The notes under the pieces are model-generated. The model worked only from the letters and a program-made list of their open reading frames with translations. It was not told the origin of the DNA and searched no databases. The position numbers and the translations under genes were made by a program. A DNA stretch of 27,225 nt, taken from positions 1-27,225 of IMG/VR virus record IMGVR_UViG_3300011423_000025. One strand, written 5' to 3'. Source of the stretch: a virus (Duplodnaviria > Caudoviricetes). Of this stretch, positions 1 to 7,767 are shown in pieces (the stretch's first letter is position 1; each line of letters starts with the position of its first letter).

Positions 1-6
1 CAACGC

Positions 7-390
7 CTACTCCAGCGGCACGACGTAGCGCACGGGCGAGTCTGCCTTTACCGCATCGTATCTCGATCGAATCGCCTGCGTCGTGCGTTCGACCATTTCG
101 CCCGCGAGCTTGCGCCCCTCGAAGTAGAGCGCCATCTGGTCGATCGTCCAGCGCGTCCAGACGTGGTAGGGGATGCCATCGCGCGCGAGGCGATAGGCGA
201 GGATGGCCTTGCGCTCGGCGATCGTGTGCCCATCGAGAGGGGTGCCGGCCACCTGGGCCACGCGCGCGCCCATCGCCTGCGCCACGTAGGTCGCCTGTGC
301 GCCCGTGTAGCGATGCCCCGCATACATCACCGAGCCGTCCGCATCGAATCGGGAGGCAACCGTCGCATGGGCCTCGTGCGTGGTCGCCAT
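7..390 (-). CDS. Tail assembly chaperone, gpT-like downstream ORF (probably also made as a gpGT-type -1 frameshift fusion)
   Basis: ATG at 390. The frame is open upstream across the slippery site at 414-420 (FFVGRSGLIEM). It is the second small ORF after the tail tube gene and has a WTIDQMALYF motif typical of gpT-like chaperones. Confidence 0.6.
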   Translation of the reverse strand: MATTHEAHATVASRFDADGSVMYAGHRYTGAQATYVAQAMGARVAQVAGTPLDGHTIAERKAILAYRLARDGIPYHVWTRWTIDQMALYFEGRKLAGEMVERTTQAIRSRYDAVKADSPVRYVVPLE

Positions 391-395
391 CTCGA

Positions 396-794
396 TCAGA
401 CCGGACCGCCCCACAAAAAAGCGGTGATGATCTCCACCAACTTGATGTGCTGATTGATCGGCAGCTTGCCGAGCCACGCGAGATCCGGCTTGGGATCGTT
501 CTCGCTCAGAGCCATCTCGACGATCTGGAGGAACTGGCCGGGGTTGGTGTCGCGCAGCGCGTTGAAGCCGCTGTAGATCGACTTCCCCGTGAGCAGCGCG
601 ACGCGCGCCGCATCGTCCTCGGTGGCGCAACGCACGCGCACGGTGCGTTTCATGAGGACGATCTCGCCGATCGGGCTGCTCGTCGCCCAAAGCTCGCGGT
701 AGTCCGGCAGCAGCTTCAAGTGCGAGAAGAGATTCGAGATTTCGATCTTCCTCTCGCTGGTCGGCACCTCGCCGGCCGTATTCGTTTCAGTCAC
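396..794 (-). CDS. Tail assembly chaperone, gpG-like
   Basis: 132 aa. GTG start with SD AGGAGG, directly after the tail tube gene and tRNA. A slippery heptamer lies near its 3' end. Confidence 0.7.
   Translation of the reverse strand: MTETNTAGEVPTSERKIEISNLFSHLKLLPDYRELWATSSPIGEIVLMKRTVRVRCATEDDAARVALLTGKSIYSGFNALRDTNPGQFLQIVEMALSENDPKPDLAWLGKLPINQHIKLVEIITAFLWGGPV
414..420 (-). promoter_or_regulatory. Putative programmed -1 ribosomal frameshift site (T TTT TTG)
   Basis: The minus strand reads GCT TTT TTG TGG in the gpG frame, an X XXY YYZ heptamer. The -1 frame is open into ORF 7..390. Confidence 0.7.
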
Positions 795-814
795 GGTTCG
801 ACCTCCTGAATCCT

Positions 815-888
815 TGGTTGCGCGCCCGGGAATCGGACCCGGTTCTCGGCCTTATGAGGGCCGCGACTTGCCATTTGTCCTGCGCGCG
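815..888 (-). tRNA. tRNA-Met(CAU), initiator-like but atypical; encoded 3' CCA
   Basis: Cloverleaf: acceptor CGCGCGC/GCGCGCA (C1xA72), D arm GAC-AAATGGCAA-GTC, anticodon arm CGGCC-CTCATAA-GGCCG, T arm CCGGG-TCCGATT-CCCGG, then A73 and CCA. 74 nt, wholly intergenic. Confidence 0.85.
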
Positions 889-892
889 ATGG

Positions 893-1942
893 TTAGTTGT
901 CGAGGAAGCTGCGAGCGTTGAGCGACGCCAATCGGATGTCGTGCGGAGCCGACGTGATGTCGTTGTCGAATCCGGTGAACGTGATCGGCACGAGCACGCG
1001 ACCGCGTCCCTGCACGTTTGCTGGATAGGTCGCGATGATCGCGTTCGGGAGCGACAGTACGAATTGGTACTTGATCGACGTGCCGGGGATCGTGTTCGTC
1101 GAGACGAACCGGAACATGAGTTCGCGTGGCGTCTGCGCGAGGTAGTCGGCGTACATCGTCGCCGTGCCGACGCGCTTCTCGCCGTCCCATTCGCTCGACA
1201 TCGACGCACGCGAGGCGTACTGCCCCATCGGCGCCTCCTCCGCGAACGTGCGACCGGCGAAGACGCGATCGCGATCGAGGTTGCGGTTCGAGTCGACCGA
1301 GAAATCCGTGCAGGGGATGACGGTCGCGCCCCACGTCACGGTGCACTCGGTGAAGTTGGCGATCGGCGCGGTCGGGAAGCCCGGCGTCGCGGATGAGACC
1401 TGGAGCGTCTCACTGCGCCCGAAGAGGGAGAGGCGCAGCTTGAGCGGCTGATCTCGCCCGCACGAGAACTGGAACGAGTCGATGAGGATCCCGGAGTAGC
1501 TGAACAGCGTCGGATTCGTCGCGCCGGAACCGACGACGCCGCGCGAGACGTGCAGCGAGAGCGACGGAGAGGTCGCGGACTTCCAGCGACCTTTCTTCGC
1601 GAGGTCGAAGTTCCGCGAGAACGATCCCGACGCGCCGCTCGACGTGTTGTTGAGCTCGCCGAAGGCATGGAGGAGAAGGTTTTCCATGCCCTCGTACGCC
1701 ACCGCGACCTCGACATCGCCATCGACGATTTGTGCGCCCTGGAACTTCTGGTTCACGTCGAGATAGGCAGCGCTGATGTTCGGCACCGGGACGAGCGGCC
1801 GATCCGACTTGAGCGATTCGGAGAGGAAGAGGAACGACTCGGTCGCACCGGAGGGGCCGACCCCCGTTCCATAGACCGTCTCTTTGTTTACGCCGATGAA
1901 CGTGTCGGCGGACAGACCGACGAGCCCTGCGCCAGCGACCAT
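893..1942 (-). CDS. Tail tube (major tail) protein
   Basis: 349 aa with an N-terminal FIGVNKETVYGT and ESLK motif typical of siphovirus tail tube proteins. It lies between the terminator and chaperone genes. Confidence 0.8.
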   Translation of the reverse strand: MVAGAGLVGLSADTFIGVNKETVYGTGVGPSGATESFLFLSESLKSDRPLVPVPNISAAYLDVNQKFQGAQIVDGDVEVAVAYEGMENLLLHAFGELNNTSSGASGSFSRNFDLAKKGRWKSATSPSLSLHVSRGVVGSGATNPTLFSYSGILIDSFQFSCGRDQPLKLRLSLFGRSETLQVSSATPGFPTAPIANFTECTVTWGATVIPCTDFSVDSNRNLDRDRVFAGRTFAEEAPMGQYASRASMSSEWDGEKRVGTATMYADYLAQTPRELMFRFVSTNTIPGTSIKYQFVLSLPNAIIATYPANVQGRGRVLVPITFTGFDNDITSAPHDIRLASLNARSFLDN

Positions 1943-1963
1943 GAGATTTCCCCTAGCGCGCGA

Positions 1964-2488
1964 TCATCCGCGCGAGTACCACCGAACCTGCCATCGCATA
2001 ACGATCACTTTGACCGCTGCGGCAGTTTCGATCAACAAGAATTGTTCGTCCGGCGTCCAATCGACGCCAACTAAACGACCGTCGGAAATCATGTTAGGAT
2101 AGATCGACGCCGCGATCTCCGTGAGCCTCGGATTCAGACGAAGCGCCTGGAGCACTTGGAACGCGAAGGCGTCGATCACCTCAAGCGGGTTATCGGTGTT
2201 CGAGTAGGGCTTCCAGACGGATACGCGGAAGTGCTCGATCACCTCGCAGTGCGTCCCGCTGATGTCGATCTTTCCGTCCGGCGTGTACTCGACTTCTCCC
2301 TCGGGCTCGATGAAGACGGCCGGAAGCAGCTTGCCGATCTTGTCGATCTCGGCGACGCGCTCGACCCCGCCGAACTGGCAAACGACGAACGATCCGGCGG
2401 GCGCGGTCGACGTAATGAGCCGAACGAGTTCATCGCCGATCGTCTTCGTCAGAATCCTTACGTTGTACTCGCGCGGATTGTACGCCAT
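1964..2488 (-). CDS. Putative tail terminator/completion protein
   Basis: ATG at 2488 overlaps the upstream stop (TGATG). 174 aa with an LPAVFI motif, in the canonical position before the tail tube. Confidence 0.6.
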   Translation of the reverse strand: MAYNPREYNVRILTKTIGDELVRLITSTAPAGSFVVCQFGGVERVAEIDKIGKLLPAVFIEPEGEVEYTPDGKIDISGTHCEVIEHFRVSVWKPYSNTDNPLEVIDAFAFQVLQALRLNPRLTEIAASIYPNMISDGRLVGVDWTPDEQFLLIETAAAVKVIVMRWQVRWYSRG

Positions 2489-3117
2489 CACTTCACGCCT
2501 TGATTGACGGAAGTCACGAGCAGATCCGACGCCCACTTGCCGTAGAGATCGGCCACATCGGCGACGGCAAGATTGACGGAGCGCGTTACGATTTCGAGCC
2601 CACCATTCTTGAGTACGTCGGCGAACCACGGGCGCGGCTTGATCCCGCGCTTGCCGATCGCGCGAGCGACGAGGAATGCGAGTTGTCGTGCCTGCTTCTG
2701 CTCGTCCTTCGTCGCGCTCTTGTTCAAGTTGGCCTTGAGCGCTGTGCCGGCATCCAGCTTCGCCTTGTTCGAGAGAATGCGATTGTTCACGAGGTGCCGA
2801 CGCGCCCACGCGATCAACGCTTCGTAGGGCGGCGCCTTCTTCCCGGCCGCGCGTCCTTCATGGACGGGGACGGAGTAGTTCGCACGGTTGAATACGATGA
2901 GTTGCGAGGCGGATTCATCGACGACAGAACCATGGCTGTTCGAGAGGCGGCCAGTGTCCCGCGGCGATGTCTTCTTCATCTCTGCCGTGAGCTTGACCCC
3001 CGCCTCTCGAAGACGATGCGCGAAGATGCGCTTCGCTAATGGTGATTGAAGACCCTTGCCCATGTCGAGCTCGGCCGTCGTCGTCTTGCCCATCGCGGTG
3101 ATGTGCAGATGGATCAT
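2488..3117 (-). CDS. HK97 gp10-like neck/tail-completion protein
   Basis: Motifs SPRDTGRLSNS, YSVPVHEG and RGIKPRPWF, plus synteny. Confidence 0.8.
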   Translation of the reverse strand: MIHLHITAMGKTTTAELDMGKGLQSPLAKRIFAHRLREAGVKLTAEMKKTSPRDTGRLSNSHGSVVDESASQLIVFNRANYSVPVHEGRAAGKKAPPYEALIAWARRHLVNNRILSNKAKLDAGTALKANLNKSATKDEQKQARQLAFLVARAIGKRGIKPRPWFADVLKNGGLEIVTRSVNLAVADVADLYGKWASDLLVTSVNQGVK

Positions 3118-3473
3118 CAGATCGACTCGCCGAGATCCTCGACGATGTCGAGCACGAGGAATCGCGGGTTATGGGCGGCCGGGAACTGCGCCACGCGCTT
3201 GACCTGGAATCGAGTCCCGTTCGGATTGGCCTGAATCACGTCACCTTGTGCGATGTTCGTCCCCGCCTTCATGAGACAGGTGAGCGATGTCGTCTGCTGA
3301 AACCCGAATAGTGATTGAAATCTTGAAGGGTTGATCGTCGTGATGAGGCATGGAACGTTGCACGTCTTCTGGACTTCCTGCTGTCCGATGACGGTGCTGT
3401 TCTCGACGACTTGAGGTCGACCAATCACGTCGACTCGGTCTTTCATGAGATTCGAGGAGAGGAGGCGGGTCAT
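3117..3473 (-). CDS. Head closure/head-tail adaptor (SPP1 gp16-like)
   Basis: 118 aa beta-rich protein with an IAQGDVI...RFQVKRV pattern, located after the connector gene. Confidence 0.65.
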   Translation of the reverse strand: MTRLLSSNLMKDRVDVIGRPQVVENSTVIGQQEVQKTCNVPCLITTINPSRFQSLFGFQQTTSLTCLMKAGTNIAQGDVIQANPNGTRFQVKRVAQFPAAHNPRFLVLDIVEDLGESI

Positions 3474-3476
3474 CGC

Positions 3477-4112
3477 CTAGGCCACGCATGATGGACGGCG
3501 ATGCGGAAACAGGATCGCCCTGGATTGTTCGTTGATGCCCTTTGCCGCATACGTCTCGACGACACCACCCATGGAAGAACTCACAAGACTCGGATCCTTC
3601 CCGATCGCGAAGAAGAGATCGGCGATGATTAGGAGTTCGGCCCGAAGGAACTGTAGACCCTCGCTGCTCGTCGGGTTGTGGCCGGCGATGTAGCTCACGC
3701 GAACGGTCGCAACGCCCTCGGGCCATACGTCGCCATTGACCAACGTGAGTTCGCCGGTTTCGAGATCAGCCACCGCATCGATGTCGGATGCGGACTGATT
3801 GCCGGTGAAGTTGTATCCGACGATGTTCGGCTCACCGGAAAACTCGCGGGTCGCCGAATACTTGAGTTCACTGATCGACGTGACCGGATACTCGGGCAGA
3901 TAGAGCGTCGTCTCGCCAGTCCCTTCGAGTGCCGCATGCGCATAGCTGGTCTTGTGAAGCGTGCGTCCAGTGTAGTCCTGGATCAACTGCGCCGCGGCGT
4001 TGATGATCTCACAGATCGTATCGTCGAATGCGACATCATCCTCTTGCAGGTTCAAGTGCGTGCGCGCCTGCGCGAGCGTCGAGAATGCCGCGGCGATGAT
4101 CGGGACGCTCAA
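3477..4112 (-). CDS. Head-tail connector (HK97 gp6/SPP1 gp15-like)
   Basis: Motifs STLAQARTHL, INAAAQLIQDYTGR, LPEYPVTSISEL and VRVSYIAG. TTG start overlaps the upstream TGA. Confidence 0.85.
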   Translation of the reverse strand: MSVPIIAAAFSTLAQARTHLNLQEDDVAFDDTICEIINAAAQLIQDYTGRTLHKTSYAHAALEGTGETTLYLPEYPVTSISELKYSATREFSGEPNIVGYNFTGNQSASDIDAVADLETGELTLVNGDVWPEGVATVRVSYIAGHNPTSSEGLQFLRAELLIIADLFFAIGKDPSLVSSSMGGVVETYAAKGINEQSRAILFPHRRPSCVA

Positions 4113-4387
4113 TCCTTGCCTCTAATGGATGTAATCATTTTCTTGCGCGTTCGATTGCGGTAGGCGTGGTTCGCGGCGAGAAGGATGGCGCTCGTCGCGG
4201 TGGCCGCGATGCTGCCCCACGGACCGAGCGGGTCGAGCATCGAATGAACTTCCTTGATCTTCTGCACGGTGTCGGCCTGCGTTTCGACGCCGAGGAATCC
4301 GGCCATCGCGGCGCATCCAGGCAGAAGCAGCAGCGCCGTCGCAGCGACGTAGCAGCGTCGAGCGGCGGCGCCCCGCGGATTGAACAT
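4109..4387 (-). CDS. Small predicted lipoprotein with a second C-terminal hydrophobic segment
   Basis: SD GAGGAGG then ATG at 4387. 92 aa with a basic N-terminus, an ATALLLLPG-C lipobox-like signal, a later segment WGSIAATATSAILLAA and a basic tail. Confidence 0.65.
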   Translation of the reverse strand: MFNPRGAAARRCYVAATALLLLPGCAAMAGFLGVETQADTVQKIKEVHSMLDPLGPWGSIAATATSAILLAANHAYRNRTRKKMITSIRGKD

Positions 4388-4398
4388 GCATCCCTCCT

Positions 4399-4476
4399 CG
4401 CGGTCCCCGAGCCGCCGACCCCCGCCCGTCGTTCGCACGACGGACGGGGTCGGACGACCCGAGAGGGGATCCCGCG
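4399..4476 (-). terminator. Long GC-rich hairpin after the capsid gene (stabiliser or terminator-like, no U-tract)
   Basis: Core stem CCGACCCCGTCCGTCGT-GCGA-ACGACGGGCGGGGGTCGG with a GNRA loop and one bulge, extended by CGCGG/CCGCG and TCCCC/GGGGA. Confidence 0.6.
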
Positions 4477-4485
4477 GCGTTCGGT

Positions 4486-6021
4486 TTAGAACGTCGCGTT
4501 CTTGTTGATGTTGTAGAGCCCCGCGACGTTGCGCGCGAGCGGGCTCGACGACTCGGGCTGCAGTCGCCCGAAGAAGCCGCGCCACAGCGCCACGAGCACC
4601 ACGCGGTCGGACTGGATCAGTTCCGCGCTCTTGATCGTCACGAGTCGCCGGTCCCACATCTTGAACGACGGACGATGCACCGCGATGGCGACCGTCTTGG
4701 TCGTTCCGGAACCGTCGTACGACCCGACGTGGTTGAGATCCTCGCGCACATAGCCAGAGATCACGACAGGACGGCCGAAGATGTCACCTATCTGTCCAGT
4801 GACGACCGGCGGAACGCCACCATGCGCGTCGTAGCGGTTGAACGCCGTGTCTCCGCAAAGCTGCGCATAACCGATCGGAGACACGACGAAGGCCGTATCG
4901 CCGATGACCTGCGCGAACTTGCCGAACTTCGTCAGCAGGTTCACGAACTTCTGCGCCGTCAGCGCCGCGTTGAGGGCGTCAACCGACGCGCCCGTCGCGA
5001 CGAGCTTGCGCAGACCCTTCCACGCGCGCCGCGGGTCCGACGCCCCCGCGGAATCCACGTCGAGCGATCCGAGGTCGTCGCCGTTCATCACGGCCGCGTC
5101 GATGCCTTCGCCGATCGAACGCGCGATGCCAGCGCGCGCATAGCTCACGGCATCGATGATTGCGTCTTCCTGCTCCTCGGCCGAGACGAGCGTCCGTACG
5201 CCGAGCTTCTTCGCCGTGATCGTGGTGTTCACGGTCGCCTTGGTGCGCGCCGAGATCGCGTTGTTCGAGTCGTCCGGGTTGTCCGAACTCGACTCCGAAA
5301 CGAGGAATGGCAGATTGTCCGCGCCCTCGATCGGAAGCTTCCATGGCGATGCAGGCATCGTGACGTGCTCGAACATATCGGACAGCACGAGCGCCTGCTT
5401 GATGAGCGGCACGAGCGAGCCCGACATCGTGCTCGGGATGAACTCCAGGCCAGTGCCCGAGCCCCCGGTCGTCATGATCTTCGAGACGGCCGGGCCCATG
5501 ACCTTCGCCGCGAGCTCGCTCGCGAGACGCGCGTAGGCCGGCCAATGCTTGCTGGTGTGCGGATCGAAATCGCGGTGAACCGCCTGCGCGATCGTGAATC
5601 CGTCGTGCAGATCGTGGAGCTTCGTCCACTTCCGCACCATGTTCTCGTCGCTGATCTGGTCGAGGTCCATCGACCCCGGCGCCGACATCACGATCGCCTC
5701 GTACGCCTTCTGCGCGATCTCGGTGGCGCGACCGGAGATGAACTTCGCCGTCCCGGCATCGCCGCGCACGGACGCTTCGAGCCCGTTGCGCCATTCATGG
5801 AGCGACCCGCCCTCGAACTCGTCGGGCGCGGGCCGCGTGCGCGCTGCGCGGGCCTTGCGCGTGCGGTCGACGTGCTCCCCGAACAGATCGGGGTTGTCGT
5901 CCTGCGATCGAGCGAGAACCGCCTCGGCCTCGCCTGGCTTGAGCCCGCCGTTTTCCTTGGACTTCGACGCGATGAACGCGCCCATCCCTTCAAGGGTGGC
6001 GCGCGGAACCTTGACCTTCAT
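4486..6021 (-). CDS. Major capsid protein, HK97 fold, with N-terminal delta/scaffold-like extension
   Basis: 511 aa. Motifs GLEFIPSTMS, ITAKKLG...VSAEEQEDA, DAAVMNGD and GDIFGRPVVIS. Confidence 0.92.
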   Translation of the reverse strand: MKVKVPRATLEGMGAFIASKSKENGGLKPGEAEAVLARSQDDNPDLFGEHVDRTRKARAARTRPAPDEFEGGSLHEWRNGLEASVRGDAGTAKFISGRATEIAQKAYEAIVMSAPGSMDLDQISDENMVRKWTKLHDLHDGFTIAQAVHRDFDPHTSKHWPAYARLASELAAKVMGPAVSKIMTTGGSGTGLEFIPSTMSGSLVPLIKQALVLSDMFEHVTMPASPWKLPIEGADNLPFLVSESSSDNPDDSNNAISARTKATVNTTITAKKLGVRTLVSAEEQEDAIIDAVSYARAGIARSIGEGIDAAVMNGDDLGSLDVDSAGASDPRRAWKGLRKLVATGASVDALNAALTAQKFVNLLTKFGKFAQVIGDTAFVVSPIGYAQLCGDTAFNRYDAHGGVPPVVTGQIGDIFGRPVVISGYVREDLNHVGSYDGSGTTKTVAIAVHRPSFKMWDRRLVTIKSAELIQSDRVVLVALWRGFFGRLQPESSSPLARNVAGLYNINKNATF

Positions 6022-6054
6022 TCGGTGCGGTCGACTGTCTCCCGCCGTGGCGAA

Positions 6055-7764
6055 CTACGAGGGGTCGCTCTCGAACACGTCCATCGCCTGCTTCATGTCG
6101 TCGGGATCAACGGCATCGCCGTTCTTCACGGCATCGTGGACTCGTTCGATGGCCGCGAGATCATCCGTATCGATCTCGACCAACTCCTCGTCCGCCGCCT
6201 TCGGCTCGCTCGCCTTGCTCGCCGCGGGTTCCGCGACGGGCTGCGGGGCAGTCGGCGCGGGCGGCGTTGCCGGAGCAGCGGGTGCTGCCGGCTTCGCTTC
6301 GCCCTGGACATCCTTCCGTACGTTCACGGGATCTCCGCTCGTGGTTGCGAGATATAGCGCGGCGCACACCCCATCGTCCAGTGCGTGCTTCTCAATAATT
6401 TCTCCGACGCGGGTTTTGTTCGCGTTCTCGGCGAAACCATGCTCCCTCAACCAATTCTTCCGCTCGGCGTCATCCTTGAATCGCGTCGGGTCGAAGATGA
6501 ACGTCCATTCGCCGCGCTCGCTCGATCCCAGAGTCTCCGCAACGCGCTCTGGCTCCGGCCCCTTCCCGAGCAGGGGCGCCTCAATCCCGGCCTCGGCGAG
6601 ATGCCCAGCGAGGTGCTTGTACGCCGCGGTGCGTTCGGGCTCGCTCAATCTCGCGATCGCGGGCGCGTGGGTCACGAGCGCGGCCATGCCAACGCGCACC
6701 GCCTCGATCGACGTGACGACGTCCCCGGCCTGCACGCCGTGGTGCCGCATGGGCGGCGCGCCGTCCTGATCGATCAGCTTGCACATGCGATCGAGCGCGA
6801 TACCCCCGAGTTCGACGACCGCCTCTCGATGGAAGTCGATGGGTCCGGCAACCGCGAAGCCAAAGCGACGCGGCTCGACGATCGCCTTCGTCTCGGCGCA
6901 CGCGCACTCGCTCGCCGCCGTCTCGCAGCCGCAGCACTTCATGTCATCGCCGTTCGCGAGCGCCTTCGCGACGTTGAACAGCGTCTTGCGGTTGTCCGGG
7001 ATCGTGACGACCGAGACTTCGAGCATTTCCGCCTTCGTGATGTGGCGGATCTGCATCGGCATGGCACCCTCGGGCGCCATGAGCGTCTCGATCTTCCTTT
7101 CCTGAATGATGAAGCTGGACGAGAGCGCGCGGACGGTGCCGCTGTCGATCCAGTCCCAAACCTGATTGTCGGTGATTTCGCCCGCGATCCAGAGTCCTTC
7201 ATTCGTGACGGAGAAGTCGATGACCTTGCCCACCGGGCGGGTCATGTCGTGCATCCACAACATGACCGGGTTCTTCATGAACTCCGGCATCGACTCCGCG
7301 AATGCGGTTGGATCGACGACGTCCTGACTGCGATCGATCGCGGGCGTCGAGGCGAAGCCTTCGATGCGACGTGCCTTCGCGGCCTTCGTGATCTTGAGGT
7401 GGACGGTCTTCTTCTCGCGCTCGTCGCGACATGCCTGCGTCGTGCAAAAGTCGATCGACTTTGCGTCGTCGGCGCTCACGTCGAACACGCGCTCATAGAG
7501 ATTCGTCCGCCCGAACTGGCCGACGTAGCGCCCGAGCGCAATCGACTTCGAGCGACCCGCCTCGATCGATTCGCGCGCGAGTTCGAGTTCGTCCTCGACG
7601 GAATGCCCGTCCCGAGCGAGCACGCGATCGCGCGCAAGCACGGCAACGGCACGGCGCTTCGCGGCCGATGCGACCGCGCCCGACGGCCAGGACATCCCCA
7701 CGTCCTGCACGCCGTCGCTGCGCACGACGAAAAATCCTCCGGCCTTGCTCACCTTCACCGACAT
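6055..7764 (-). CDS. Prohead maturation protease (HK97-type, S78) with N- and C-terminal extensions
   Basis: Motifs IEGFAST, DRSQDVV, NPVMLWMHD (His), ALSSSF (Ser) and LEVSVVTIPDN. The C-terminal part has YKHLAGHL and WLREHGF motifs and a Pro/Ala linker. Confidence 0.9.
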   Translation of the reverse strand: MSVKVSKAGGFFVVRSDGVQDVGMSWPSGAVASAAKRRAVAVLARDRVLARDGHSVEDELELARESIEAGRSKSIALGRYVGQFGRTNLYERVFDVSADDAKSIDFCTTQACRDEREKKTVHLKITKAAKARRIEGFASTPAIDRSQDVVDPTAFAESMPEFMKNPVMLWMHDMTRPVGKVIDFSVTNEGLWIAGEITDNQVWDWIDSGTVRALSSSFIIQERKIETLMAPEGAMPMQIRHITKAEMLEVSVVTIPDNRKTLFNVAKALANGDDMKCCGCETAASECACAETKAIVEPRRFGFAVAGPIDFHREAVVELGGIALDRMCKLIDQDGAPPMRHHGVQAGDVVTSIEAVRVGMAALVTHAPAIARLSEPERTAAYKHLAGHLAEAGIEAPLLGKGPEPERVAETLGSSERGEWTFIFDPTRFKDDAERKNWLREHGFAENANKTRVGEIIEKHALDDGVCAALYLATTSGDPVNVRKDVQGEAKPAAPAAPATPPAPTAPQPVAEPAASKASEPKAADEELVEIDTDDLAAIERVHDAVKNGDAVDPDDMKQAMDVFESDPS

Positions 7765-7767
7765 CGC

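Noticed and set aside
815-888. tRNA as a prophage attachment site
   Set aside because: Both tRNA-like elements are flanked on each side by co-oriented phage late genes. There is no integrase, host gene or duplicated 3' tRNA fragment in the window.
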